64,000 nt of DNA from Paraspadella gotoi (Eukaryota > Animalia > Chaetognatha). The stretch spans positions 23,446,413 through 23,510,412 of the forward strand of contig CM119266.1 in NCBI GenBank assembly GCA_051294375.1. The letters are read 5' to 3'. This document shows positions 13,856-27,365 of the stretch, in pieces. Position numbers and translations under genes: made by a program. The notes below the pieces were generated by a model. It ran no database searches, was not told where the DNA came from, and was given only the letters and a program-made list of their open reading frames with translations. The first letter of the stretch is position 1. Every line of letters begins with the position of its first letter.

Positions 13856-14327
13856 CATAAACCAATTCTTCCGTCTCTTCTTTCTTCGATCCACATAAAC
13901 CATCCCGGGACATCTCCCTCTCCCTCTCTCTCCACCTCTCTCTCTCCCGCTCGGTTGTCCCCCCCTCTCTCTCTCTCTCCCTCTCTCTCTCCCGCTCGGT
14001 TGTCCCCATAAACCATCGCATTTCCCGCCTCCTTCGTTCCGTGTCCCGTACTTTCATAAACCAGCACCCATTCCCTCCCTCCCACGCCCTCATTTGACGT
14101 AACCCTCTCCTCCCCCTCTTCCCTCTCGGCCAGTTAAGTCATAAACAACCGCCTCCGTGCGACCGCTCCCCCTTTCCCGTCTTTCCCGCTTTCATAAACA
14201 AGGCCCATACTCTAACCTCCTCTTTTACTCCCCATAAACAAGTCGCGTACCCTAGCGCGCCCTCGCTCCCGTTTCCCCCTCGTAAACTATCCCTTGCCAC
14301 CGAGGCTACGGAGTCTATCCCATAAAC
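13856..14327. promoter_or_regulatory. Homotypic cluster of CATAAAC motifs (Cdx/posterior-Hox-type; candidate enhancer)
   Basis: CATAAAC at 13856, 13894, 14007, 14055, 14140, 14193, 14233 and 14321, plus CGTAAAC at 14281. All are in one orientation with dissimilar C/T-rich spacers. Confidence 0.55.
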
Positions 14328-14886
14328 CATCCAGGCTGCCACCGGATCCGCCTCTGCTTATTTAATTCCTTTTTTTTTCGCTCTCTGTCTCTCTTTCTCT
14401 TTCTCTCTCTGTTTTGTTTTTCGTGGGTGGCTTTCTTGTTTTTGTTTTTTTGTTTTTTGCTTGTATTTAAAAAAAAAGCGATAATTTAGTTTCTGATGTT
14501 TTGTTTTTAATTCGGCGTGAAGTTGTTAAATTTTATTTGATGCAGAAAAATAGTATAATATTTTACTTCACCGTGTTTTGATTGAAAAAAAAAAAACAGA
14601 AAAATAAAATCGAAACTAAAACAGCGAAGACAGTTATCGTCTCGCCTCTTCTTCATCCCAGTGGACCAAAGTCAAACTGTTTTATATCAACAGAATTACG
14701 AGTTTCATTTAACGCGAGAGTAAATACGTGGCATTTATGATAATAGTTGCTAAAACGATGTGCATAAATTCTCTCTCTCTCTCTCTNNNNNNNNNNNNNN
14801 NNNNNNNNNNNNNNNNNNNNNNNNNNNNNNNNNNNNNNNNNNNNNNNNNNNNNNNNNNNNNNNNNNNNNNNNNNNNNNNNNNNNNN

Positions 14887-15390
14887 ATGCTCATCCTATC
14901 TTCATCTCTATCTCTATACCCATGATCATTCCTATCTTCTTCTCTATCTCTATCCCCATGCTCATTCCTATCTTCATCTCNNNNNNNNNNNNNNNNNNNN
15001 NNNNNNNNNNNNNNNNNNNNNNNNNNNNNNNNNNNNNNNNNNNNNNNNNNNNNNNNNNNNNNNNNNNNNNNNNNNNNNNNNNNNNNNNNNNNNNNNNNNN
15101 NNNNNNNNNNNNNNNNNNNNNNNNNNNNNNNNNNNNNNNNNNNNNNNNNNNNNNNNNNNNNNNNNNNNNNNNNNNNNNNNNNNNNNNNNNNNNNNNNNNN
15201 NNNNNNNNNNNNNNNNNNNNNNNNNTCTCTATCCCCATGCTCATTCCTATCTTCATCTCTATCTGTATCCCCTTCCCCATGCTCATCCTATCTTCATCTC
15301 TATCTCTATCCCCATGCTCATTCCTATCTTCAACTCTATCTCTATCCCCATCCCCATCCCCAGTCCTATCTTCATCTCTATCCCCTTCCC
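14887..15390 (+). repeat. ~30-bp minisatellite (CTCTATCCCCATGCTCATTCCTATCTTCAT), gap-interrupted
   Basis: The unit recurs on both sides of the N-gap and decays into (CTCTAT/CCCCAT) hexamers. Confidence 0.8.
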
Positions 15391-15839
15391 CACCCCCACC
15401 CCCGAGTTGGTCAATGGTCAAAGTGTCCGTGGTAGAACGAGACAGAGTCGCATCCTTCGGATCAGAATGAGGAGAAACGAAAACGGTCACGACTCGGGGC
15501 CGGGCGAAAGGGGTGGCAGGGGTGGGAGNNNNNNNNNNGTGATAAAGAAATGAGGGAGAGAGGAACGGGGGGAAGAGACCGGAAGCCAGATAAATCCTTA
15601 TAATCGAGCCGCCGTCGCTTTCATTCTGGTTCCAATTTCTTCCGTTGACAAATGGAACCGAATCCATGTCGAGGGCGAATCCGAGAGGGATCACGTGACC
15701 CCAAAGCGTTGTCACAACGCGTGAGGAGTGTAGAGAGGCGAGGATGACGAGGAGGACGAGAGAGAGACACGAGGAGAGAGGCTCGTGAGCGGAAGAGAGA
15801 AGACTCAATGAGGATGTTTTTGAATAATTATTTTAGAAA

Positions 15840-17130
15840 ACTGTAGGAAAAAACGAGAAAAATAAAACTCGTATAAAAGATTTAAAGAAAGAAAAAAAGG
15901 GGAATAAATAAAAAAAAGAAAGAAAGAGATAAAAGAAAAATAGATAGAGGAACACAAAAAAAAAAGAAGAAAATAAGAAAGAAAGAAGAGAACAGCGAAG
16001 ACAAAACAGAAAAAAAAGAAATTTTGTAGAAAAGAAAGATTTTGAAGAAAAAGAGAGTGAAGATAAGATTATAGTATTGATATATGATTTTAAAGAATTT
16101 GATTGAAAAGAAAAAGGAGATAGTCCTTGCTCGGTATTTAAAGAAAAAGAAAAAATAAAAGAAAAGAGAAGAAGAAAATTGAAAAAGAAGAAAAAAAAGA
16201 TAGAAGAAACGCCGCAAAGAAAAAAAGAGAAAAAAGAGGGAGAGGAGAGAGAGGGGAGGTCGCGGGAGAGGAAAGAAAAGAAAAAAAAAATAGATAATTT
16301 AATAATAAAAATAAAAAAAATAAAAAATTATTTTTAATAAAAAAAAGGAAAAAGAAAAAAAAAAAAAAGAGAAAGAAGAAAAAAAAAAGAGAGGAAGAAA
16401 GAAAAAAAAAAGAAAAAAAAGAGCATATGAGAGATGAGGGAAAGAGCAAAATAAAGAAGAAAAAATAAGAAAGGAAAAAAACAGAGAGAAGAAAAGAAGA
16501 GGGAGAGGGATGGAAGGGGAAGAAAAAACGAAAAAGTAAGGAAAAGGTGAAAAAGAGATTTAAAAAAAAAAAGAAAAAAAAACAAGGAAAAATAGGATCT
16601 CTATCCTTGGTAAGACAATAATAACCACCTCTTGCTCTTGATACAGCGCGGAACTCGCGGGAGTGAGGGGCGGGGGGTTGTGACTGAGGGGGGCGGGTTG
16701 GGGTCCGGGGAGGGTGGGTGGGTGGGGTTGACGGGGGGGGCAAGGGGGAGAGGGTGGGATGGGAGGGGAGGAGTGTGGGTGGGTGGGGAGGGGGGGGGTG
16801 GGAGGAGTGAGAAAGGGTGAGAGAGAAGAAAAGAGGGAGACAGAGAAGGAGAGAAGACAGATAAATAAGTATTATTCAAGAGAGAAAAGAAAAAATAAAA
16901 AAAAAAAAGAAAAAAATTAAGAAAAAGAAGAAAAGCAGTAAAGGAAAGAAAAAAAAAAAAAAAAACAAGGAAAGAAAAGAAAAAAAGAAAAAAAAAGAAG
17001 AAATAAAGAGAAAAAAAAAGAAAGAAAAGAAGAATAGAAATGAGAAAAGACGAAGAATGAAGAGGAAATGAAGAAGAAAGGAGAAAGAAAAAAAAAAAAA
17101 AAGGAAAAGAGAAGAACGAAAAAAAAACGA
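15840..17130 (+). repeat. A/G-rich low-complexity tract with a G-run core (16660-16820)
   Basis: Almost no C/T on the + strand; many G3+ runs in the core. Confidence 0.8.
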
Positions 17131-18908
17131 GGGTGAATATATGGGGCGAGGAGGACGTTTTTAGATTTGAAGTTAGACTATGATCTTTGAAATTGGATTT
17201 TGGATCAGATTTTGATTTAGTTTATGTAAAGTAAAATTTTTTATTTGCTAATATTTTCTGAGAACAAAATAGTGAAGTAGGTAATAGTTGTTGAAATGTG
17301 GGATTTATTCTGTAGAAGATAGAGAAGAGGACTGAAAAATGGGACGGAGAAAGGGGAGGAGAAGGAGAGAGAAGAAAGGAAAACAAGGAAAGAGGATAGA
17401 AGAGAGAATAGATAGAAAGTCAATTATGAATATGAAAAAGAAGTTAGAAGAGAAATTTGAAAATACTAGTGGCGTACTTTGGATCTATAGTGGAAGGGTA
17501 GGCATGTAGTAAGCGGAGAAAGAAAAAAGATGCGTGAAGAATTTGCAATAATACCATTAATTTTATTATAGTAATGTGAGAATATTAAGATAGTATATTT
17601 AAAACGAAAAAAAAGTAAAAAAAAAGAAAATAAAAAGAAAGATGTCGGGCGGTTCTGCTCGTTTAGAGAAATACAGAGTTTTTATAGAGAGTTCTTTCAT
17701 TAGCAAAACGTACTGTGAATATCTACAATAGTAGGACAGAGAGTAGAAGAAAAAGTGTCCAGACGAGAGACTCAGGCGGGAAGGACGAGAGGGAGGAGGA
17801 GAGAGACTGGACTCACGCACAGACAGACAAATGGAAATAAAGCGGACAGGAGATCGCTAAAGTCCAACATCAAAGAATCGTATCGATGGTGAGCCGAAAG
17901 TCAGGATGACGGAGAGGAAAGAGAAGGAGAGGGTGAGAGATGAGAGAGGAGATGAGGAGAGAGAGGGGAGTGAGAGATGAGGATGAGAGAGAGAGGAGAG
18001 AGAGATGAGAGAGAGATTGCGAGAGAGTGAAAGTCTGGAGATGAGAAACCAGAGAGAAGAGAGGAGAGAGAGAGGTTTGTCACGTGNNNNNNNNNNNNNN
18101 NNNNNNNNNNNGAGAGAGAGAGAGAAAAGAAAAATGGATGTTATCCGCGGAGCAGACGCTGCGTTTTCGCGTATTAATGTTGTCGTATGTTTGGTTGTTT
18201 GTCCGCAGAAATCCTAACAAATATCGTCGAGATTTTTACAGTAAAAAATTGACAGTCTGACCCGGTCTGAACTTTATTCTCAAAAACTGTCTTGGTTAAA
18301 CAGCTGTCAAACTCAGCNNNNNNNNNNNNNNNNNNNNNNNNNNNNNNNNNNNNNNNNNNNNNNNNNNNNNNNNNNNNNNNNNNNNNNNNNNNNNNNNNNN
18401 NNNNNNNNNNNNNNNNNNNNNNNNNNNNNNNNNNNGTTGACAGGTCGAAATCCGAAACGTGTTCCGTTTAAATCCCCTTCCTTTGGATCTATTTCTCTTC
18501 TCTCTATGCTTATTAAATATAAAAGTCTAATCTGACTAAATATATCATTATGACAATGTTATCGTCATTCTTGTCGAAGGTTGTCTTTATTCATTAGCTT
18601 TGTATTTATTGTCTTTATTCATTAGCTTCTGCCAGTAATTAGTTTCATAGTTAACTAGTTATTACCAGTTTTTACCACGAAACATAACGGTTGAGTAAAG
18701 ACCGATCGAATTTCTCGAGTTCATCCCTTATAAATTAACCCCCTCACCCTTTTTAACTTACCCACACCAGCCTCAGATTCCACCCACTCTTGCAATCTCT
18801 GCCTTCGCCCGCCAAACCAGCTTCGGTCATCATTACAACCATTGGAGTCATCACTCTTAAGTCTTAGGGCGCCCCAGGGACCCGAGCCCATTGTCTTCTG
18901 CCATCACC

Positions 18909-18951
<43 letters not shown>

Positions 18952-20136
18952 TCTCTCTCGCTCTCTCACGCCCCGGTGTCGCTCTTTTTTCTCCTTCCTC
19001 TCTGTTCCTGATCATTTTCGGTGGTACTTAGAAAAAACAAAAATAATTAATTGTATGACGATATACACATTTAAAACCGGTAAAAGTAATTTTTGTGTCG
19101 AGAACAAAAAAAAAACAAAAAACAAAAACGAGAAGACAAATAAGATCCGTGAAACAAAACACAACACAAAACAAAATAAACAGAATAAAAAAAAACATAT
19201 TCGTGAGACGAACTTTGTTTTGATGTTCGTCAAAGGTTCCTCCTTTTAAATACGCGAAGGGACAAAGTTAAAGAAAACAATAACAAGCAGTTAATCACTG
19301 CTTTTTGTCGGCCAACGATCGAAAGGGGACGGCGAGGGTGGAGACTGACACACCGTCTAAGCTTATCTCACTTGATTGTCTCTCTGTTTTGAGTTTGAGT
19401 TTTTACTTCCTTATACCATTTAATTTTTCTTTACGTATTAAAAAAAATTTACAGCCTTCGGATATTTCTTCATATCAGATAATCCTTGACAACGTTTATT
19501 ATACGAGAAGTTCAACGCACAGATATCTGTGAAATAAAAAATATTGTTAGGCTTTATATTATTTTTACTCATATTTTTTCTTTATAAATGTACGCATTCA
19601 TCAAATTCGAAACAAAAAAGGCCATTAAAAGGTTATCGTTTTGCGTCACGAAAACTCCCTAAGTCGGCACTCAATTTTTTTAGTCATTTTGATACATGAA
19701 AGAATTAATGATCGCCTTTTTCAATCCTGAGTCAAAAATTCTAGATGTTGGGGAGCCGGAAGAGAGACGAAGAAAGTAGAGAGAGAAGACGAAGACGAGA
19801 TGAAGAAAGAAGACGACAAGAGACGAGAAAGAAACAAGCAAAAAAAGAGGAAAAAAGAAGCAGAGAAAGAAGAGAGATAATAAGAACCAATCCATACTAG
19901 CATGATCAAACAGTCGTTTTATACGAGCGATTATCTTTTTACAAATTTTTGAGCAGAGGTCAGTTTACTCAATTTTGATATTCACTTGCTGACTCATATT
20001 TTTAGTCCAAAATGCTATCTCAAATATATTATTTAGTATATTGCCACTCTCTTATACTGTCTTTCTTTCTACTCGTCTCTCTCTCCCTCTCTCTCTCTCT
20101 CATCGTTTCTCTCTCATCTACTCTCTTCTACTCATC

Positions 20137-20180
<44 letters not shown>

Positions 20181-20204
20181 ATTTTTTTTCTCTCTCTCTC
20201 TTTC

Positions 20205-23200
20205 TTTCTCAATCCTTTCTAGCCCCTTTTCCGTAATCGAAATCCACCCCCTCAGCGATGACAGGAAAAAGGGAATTGATGCGTTCTGCTCTCCTCGTTT
20301 TGAATCTGGGTCTTCGGCAAGTTGACCTGGATACACCGACTCGCGAGCAAAGAGGCCGTCGCGAGGTCTAGCCGTAGATACCGAGGGCTGACTCACCTCC
20401 GTCGGACGCCTTCGACCTTGCACTGTTTTTGGTCGCGCAAGAAAAGAAGATCCTTATTTCAAATAAATTCAGTGCCATGCGACTCGAACGGAAAGGGGCG
20501 GGGGGGGGAAGAGGCTTTGTAACATGGGCCGACACTTCCCGTTCCAGGCTTAGAATTAAGAGCACAATCCGATGAGTGGTTTAAAAAATTGGTATTTGAA
20601 GCTGTATTTAAGTTCAAAATTGAAATTGTTATTCATAGTTTAACGGTGCTATATTTAGCTTTATATGTGTAAGAAAAAAATAAAAAATACCAAGTGATGG
20701 AAACATATTTGGTTCTTTTCTATATAGTTTGAGTAGGTAATAATCCTCTAACTTTAGTTAGTCAATTCATAATAGAAACGTTCAGATTTCTAAAGAAATA
20801 TTTTTTTTTTTGAAAAAAATAAACAATTACAGAAACAAAAAGATAGGTGAAAAGCATCTTTAATATAAATCGGTGATTCTCAACTAGATTAATGAATGAA
20901 TTTGAATTACACGAGGAATGTTGTTCCAACTTTGTATTTGATTTTTTTAAAAATTACCACAGTGGTAATTATTATTATTAATAATATTAATATTATTATT
21001 AATATAAATTCATCCAAACTTTGACAAAAAATAAAAACAAAGTCCATGATTCGGTCAGTAAATGTTAAAGCTAAACAAAAGCTTAATCAATCACATAACC
21101 AGTCAAACGATAGCCTTTTTGAAGTAGCCATCCTGCTATAACGACAATTTCCAAGCTGCTATTTCTGTTCGAACCAAACTGTTCAAACTCAAAAGGACTC
21201 GGTATCCAAGGCTCCTTTCCAGCTTTTGTCCTTTGAAATGAAACCGATGCTGTTGAGCTGACGACCACGACGACGATCAGAGGCGGCGCCGATACGGGAG
21301 CGAGATAAGACGCCGACGACCGATGGGAACGCACGAGTTCGACGCGACGTCGAAACACGAACGACGAGCCTCACGAGTTGGTTGGGAAGAGTTCCCGCGT
21401 CTGCAGGCAAATCCTCTTCCTCTCTCCCTCTCGTTGGTGACAAGCACGTAAGTTCTCCTTCCGCTCCCTCCTCACAGGTCCTTATGTGTGGGTGAAATGC
21501 CGCTTTAACGTCTTTTACGCGCTCTTGGTTCCCCAGATTCCAGAAACCCCCGCAGAGTATTGTCGCAGAAAAAGAAACGACAAAAGGTTATATTCAAGTT
21601 ATATCTTTTAGGCTATGGGCTTTCGCTTAGTCGGATTTCTCTGTTCAAGTTGTTATAAATTTGTAATATTTTAGAAACGATTACGTAAGTTATTATAGTT
21701 TTTACTAAACAATATTTCAATACTTCACTTGGCTTGAGTATTAAATTTTTAGAACTGACAGACATTATATTCACCTTTTCCGAATTTAAACGAAGTAGTA
21801 TGCAAGTTTGCTTGAAATTGTTGATCTCTGACAGATTTATTATCAAGTTTACGTTCTTCATCTAATTTTTTCCGTTTTTCTATGTACGCTTGTACTACCA
21901 CCTTTTTACGTCTTTCCCGGAATCCACATCCGAGGAAACGCGACGTCCTCCATTGTCCCGTAAACCGACACCCAGAAAAAATCCTCCGTCGCGGGTACAA
22001 TCTGCAACACAAAATCCCTTGTCTTTTTCTTTTCCCTCCGCCTCCTCCGCCCGTAAGTATTCCTTCTATCGGCCATTTACAGATAGCTCGGCTCGTTAAA
22101 GCACATACGTCCGCTGCCAGGCCGGCGATTACTCAAGAAGAGAAGGGAAGGAAGAGAAAAGCGGAGTAGGAGGAAACGGAGGAAAGTGATCCTGGAGGGA
22201 AAGAGAGGAAGAACAAAAGAACGCGGCGGAAACAGTGTGGAATATGTAACTCTGATGGGATTTAATTCTAACTCTTATGTTTCACGTATTTAAGTTTATC
22301 GCTCTTTACATAGATGAGCATTAATTTTGGATATTTTTAATCAAACAACAAAAGACAACAGACAAAATAAAAAAAAGTTTTACTATAAAGATACAACGCA
22401 GGTGATTAATTTCGAATTCGATTTATTGAATTGCGACAAAAGCTATATGGCAACAAATTGCCATGAACAATTGTCAACAATATTTATATTTACAAATGTT
22501 AACTAACTAATCTTTATTTTAAAAAACAGTGATTGAGTTGATCCACAGCAGGAAGTATTCTCGACAATATGGGCGATGGAGTGAAAAAGCGTATGCGTTA
22601 TTCCGATGGAGTTGTGCGCTGGAAAATCACGGACAGCAGAGCGCCGCGCGGCCCGATGAGCTGCAAAACGAGCTTAGGTTCGTTCATATATTCAAAGAGA
22701 ATAAATTCTGTCTTAATGATTTCGCCAGCAGTAATCGGTCGGACTGTCTCGACAAGATTCTGATTGAAGTCCGCAGTCCTTGACCAATCGTTTTCTGTGA
22801 CTTATGGGAAAAGATTGAGAGGCTATTGGGGTTATAAAAGCTAAGGGCTGTTTTGGCTGTAGATTTTGCAAAGGCACTCTTATAACAACTTACACAGTCC
22901 AATTTTTTAGGACCAATGGTATACTTATTTAGTCGTTTACTCTTGATATTAAATTTTCACGTTCTACTTAAACAAAATTCACAGGTCTTTATTCTCTTTT
23001 TCTTTAAAAAAAATTTTTTTGGCCCACCCAAAATCTGGGTAGAACAAGGAATCTTTTATAAAAAAGGGGGCGGACGGTTGCAGATTTCTTTGAAGGAACA
23101 TATTTTTTGTGTGTCACTTGGAAATGATAAGCAATCTAAGCAAGCACGAATGTTTATTGCGCTGTCATAAATCTGTGCTGGCTAGCCCGAAAAATCCGGC

Positions 23201-23956
23201 CGGAGAGACCCGAAAGGATGAGGTCAGATTCGAATGATTCTTTTTTTTTTTTTCAACTTTTCTCTTTTTTTTTAGGCAGGGGGGAAGACCAGTGATTCAC
23301 CTTTCGTTGTTTGTCTAAAAGATGATAAATGAATCTTTAGAAAAATCATATGACGACGTAGAATTAACTTTTCTTTTAAAAAGTAACACAATTAGGAGGT
23401 TTCAGTCGTTCTTTTATTCTTTTCCTGCTTTTTTTCTTTTATTTTCTCTTTCTCTCTTCATTTTAAATAGTATAGCTTTCTTTCTCTTTCTTCTTCTTTT
23501 CTTCTTTCTTCTTTCTTTCTTCTTCTTTCTTCTTTTTTGGTCTTTAATTTTTAATTCTTTCATCATCATCATTCGCTCGGTCTTGTTCTTCCCGTTCCAG
23601 TGGACCAGTGTCGGGCCGGGCCGGGAGACCTCCTGGAGTACAGGAATGTGGAGAAAGAGATGGATGTCTTGCTGATCTCGAGAGTCGGGCAGGGGGAGGG
23701 ATGGTATTTGTGTGGAAGGGCGAAGAAAAAGGGGGCCGTTTGACGGGGGGCAAGGGATGGAATTCATTCCGAGCGTTCGGTGGTCGAAAGTAACTGTACG
23801 CGTACTATTACGAGCCAAGAGAAAGTTATAGACTAAGCNNNNNNNNNNNNNNNNNNNNNNNNNAGCGAGTCTCCCGGGCCTCCGACACTGGCCACTGGAA
23901 AGGAAGAAAGACCGAGCGATGGATGGAGAGAAAGAAATTAAAAATAAAGACCAAAA

Positions 23957-23988
<32 letters not shown>

Positions 23989-26900
23989 ACTTCTTCATTC
24001 GTTCCTTTTTATAATAGCTTTCTTTCTTTTCTTTTCTTTCTTCTTCTGTATCTCTCTCTTTNNNNNNNNNNNNNNNNNNNNNNNNNNNNNNNNNNNNNNN
24101 NNNNNNNNNNNNNNNNNNNNNNNNNNNNNNNNNNNNNNNNNNNNNNNNNNNNNNNNNNNNNNNNNNNNNNNNNNNNNNNNNNNNNNNAAAAAAAAGAAAG
24201 ATAAAAGGAAAAAGAATAAAAGAACGACTGAAACCTTCCTAACGGTTACTTTTTAAAAAGAAAAGTTCTTATCTACTGTCTCATATGATTTTTTTTTCTA
24301 AAGGTATTCATTTATCATCTTTTAGACAAAAACGAAGGGAATCCTGTCTCCCCCCCCCTAAAAAAAAAAAAGAGAAAAGTTGAAAAAGAAAAAGAATCAT
24401 TCGAATCTGACTCACCCTTTCTCGGGTCCCCGGGCCGAATTTTTTCGGGCTACCAGCACAGATTTATGACCCACCAATAAAATCTCGCTGCTTGCTGATT
24501 GCTTTCATTTCCAAGTTGACACACAAAACATTTGTTTCCTTCCAAAGAAATCTCGAACCTCCCCCCCCCTTTTTTTTTATAAAAGATTCCTTTTATCCCA
24601 CTATTTTTTGGGGGCCAAATAAAACTTTTTTTTTAATGAAGAAAAAGATGAATGAAAGAACCGTGAATTTTTAAGTAGAACCTGAAAATTTATATCATGA
24701 GTAAAGAAAATAATATACCATTGTCCTAAAAAATGGACTGTGTAGTTTGTTAATAAGTCCTTTTGCAAAATCTACAGCAAAACAGCCCTTACTTTTACCC
24801 AACTCGTCTCTAAATCTTTTCCCCATAATCACAGAAAACGATTGGTCAAACTGCGGACCAATCAGAATCCGAGGAAGTCCGACCGATTATCTGCCTGGCT
24901 GGAAATCATTAGACGAGTTTTCCTTTGAATATAAACGAACCTAAGTCGTTTTCAGCTTCATCGGCCGCTCGCGCTCTGCTTTCCTGATTTTCCACGCACA
25001 CTCTCGGAATAACGCAACCTTTTTCACTCCCATCGGCCAATTGTGAGAATACTTTCCCTGTGGATCAACTCATCAGCTGTTTAAAAAAAAATTATGTTTA
25101 GTTTACATTTGTAAATATAAATTTGTGAACAATTGTTTTCAGTGGCAATTTGCCATAAGCTTTGTCCAATTTCAATAAATCGAATTCGAAATTATCAACC
25201 GTGCAGTTTATCTTTATAGTAAAACTTTTTTTTTAGTTTTGTCTTTTTGTCTTTTTGTTTTGAATTAAAAATTACCAAATAAATCTCATCTATGGTAAAC
25301 GACAAAGCTTAAATTACGTGAAACATAAAGTTAGAATTAAAAGTCCCCCATCACGAGTTACAATCCACACTTTCCGCCCGTTCTTTTTTTCTTCCTTCTC
25401 CTTTTTCCTCCAGGATCTCTTTCCTCCGTTTCCTCCTCCTCCCTTTTCTTCTTCCTCCCTTTCCTCCTCCTTGAGTAATCGCCGGCCTGGCAGCGACGAT
25501 GGCTTTACGAGCGAAGCTTCTGTAAAATGGCCGATAGATAGGAATATTACGGGCGGAGGAGGCGGAGGGGAAAGAAAAAGACAAGATTTGTTGCAGATTT
25601 GTACCGCGACGGAGGATTTTTCTGGGTGACGGTTTACGGACATATGGGCAGGGACGTCGCGTTTTCCCGGATGTGGAGTCCGGTGAAGGACGAAGTTGGG
25701 ATTACAATGCGTACAAGAAAACGGAAAGATTTAGATGAAAGAATCGTTACGCCTTTGATACTAAATCTGTCAGAGATCACAATTTCAAGCAAACTTTGCA
25801 TACTACGTCGTTAAATCGGAAAGGTGAATAATAATTTCTTGTCAGTTCTAAAAAAATTAATACTCAACCAATTGGAAGTATGATATTGTTTAGTACAAAA
25901 TATAAATTAACTAGTAATTGTTTATAAAAAAATTACAAATTTATAAACAACTTGAGACAGAGAAATCGGACTTACGAAAGCCATATCCTAAAAAGAATAA
26001 CTTGGAATATAACCTTTTGTTCGTTTTACTTTTTTCTGCGACAATACTCTGGCGGGGGTTTCTGGAACTAGGAACCAAGGAGCGGCGTAAAATGACGTTA
26101 AAGCGGCATTCCACACACAAAAGGACCGTGAGGAGGGAGCGGGAAGGGAGAACTACCGTGCTTCACCAACGAGAGGGGGAAGAGGGAAGAGGATTTGCCT
26201 GCAGACGCGGGAATCTTCCCCAACCAACTCTGAGGCTCGTCGTCGTTTTCGACGTCGCGGTCGACTCGTCGTCGTTCCCATCGTCGTCGGCGTCGTCGCT
26301 CTGATCGTCGTCGTGGTCGTCAGCCCAACAGCATTCGGTTCATTCAAAGGAAAAAGCTGGAAAGGGAGCTTGGATACCGAGTGCCTTTGGAGTTTGAACA
26401 GTTGGTTCGAACAGGAAATAGCAGCTTGAAATTGTCGTTATAGCAGGATTGGCTAACTTCAAAAGGCTATGCGTATTGACTGGTTATGTGATTGATTAAG
26501 TTTTTTAGGCTTTAACTTTAACTTGGACCATCAGGACCTTGTTTTATTTTTGTCAAAGTTTGGAATGAGAGTTTATATTAATAATAATATTAAATTATTA
26601 ATAATAATAATTACTGGGTAATTTTAAAAAAATCAAATACAAATTTGAACAACATTCCTCTGTATTCAATTCTATTCATTAATCTAGGTGAGAAATCAAC
26701 CGATTTATATTAAAATTTTTTCACTATCCTTTTTGTTTTCTGTAATTTTTATTTTTTTCAAAAAAAAAAATAGTTTCTTTAGAAACTGGAACTGTTTTCT
26801 ATTACGATTTAGACTAACTAAAGTTTAGAGATTATTTACCCTAACAGCAGTATAAAAAGAACAAAATATGTTCCATCACTTTTATTTTTTATTTTTTGCT

Positions 26901-27365
26901 TATCACTAAAGTACTTAATGATATACACGTTTAAAACTACTGGAAATACATTCATTTTGAACTTAAATATAGCTTCAAAACAATTTTTTAACCACTCATC
27001 GATGCTCTCTAATTCCTAAGGCCTCGGGAACGGGAACGGGTCGGCCCACTACAAAGCCTCTCCCCCCCTCGCCCCCTTCGTTCGATCGCCGATGGCACCG
27101 AATTTGATTGAAATTAATGATTTCTTTTTCTTCGCGACTCAAAACAGTCGCGAAGGTTCGAAGGCGTCCGGACGGAGGTGAGTCAGCCTCGGATCCACGC
27201 AGACGCTCGTCGACGGCCTCTTTGGCTCCGAGTCGGGGTATCCAGGTCACTCCGAAGACCCCAGATCAAAACGAGGGAGACAGAACGCATAAATTTCCCC
27301 CTTTTTCCTGTTCTCGCGACGGGGGTGGATGATACGAAAAGGGGCTAAAAGGAATTGAGAAAGTT
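20205..27365. repeat. ~3.4-kb-arm fold-back (inverted duplication) centred on the gap at 23839-23863
   Basis: 23870-27365 is the noisy reverse complement of 20205-23630. Confidence 0.9.
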
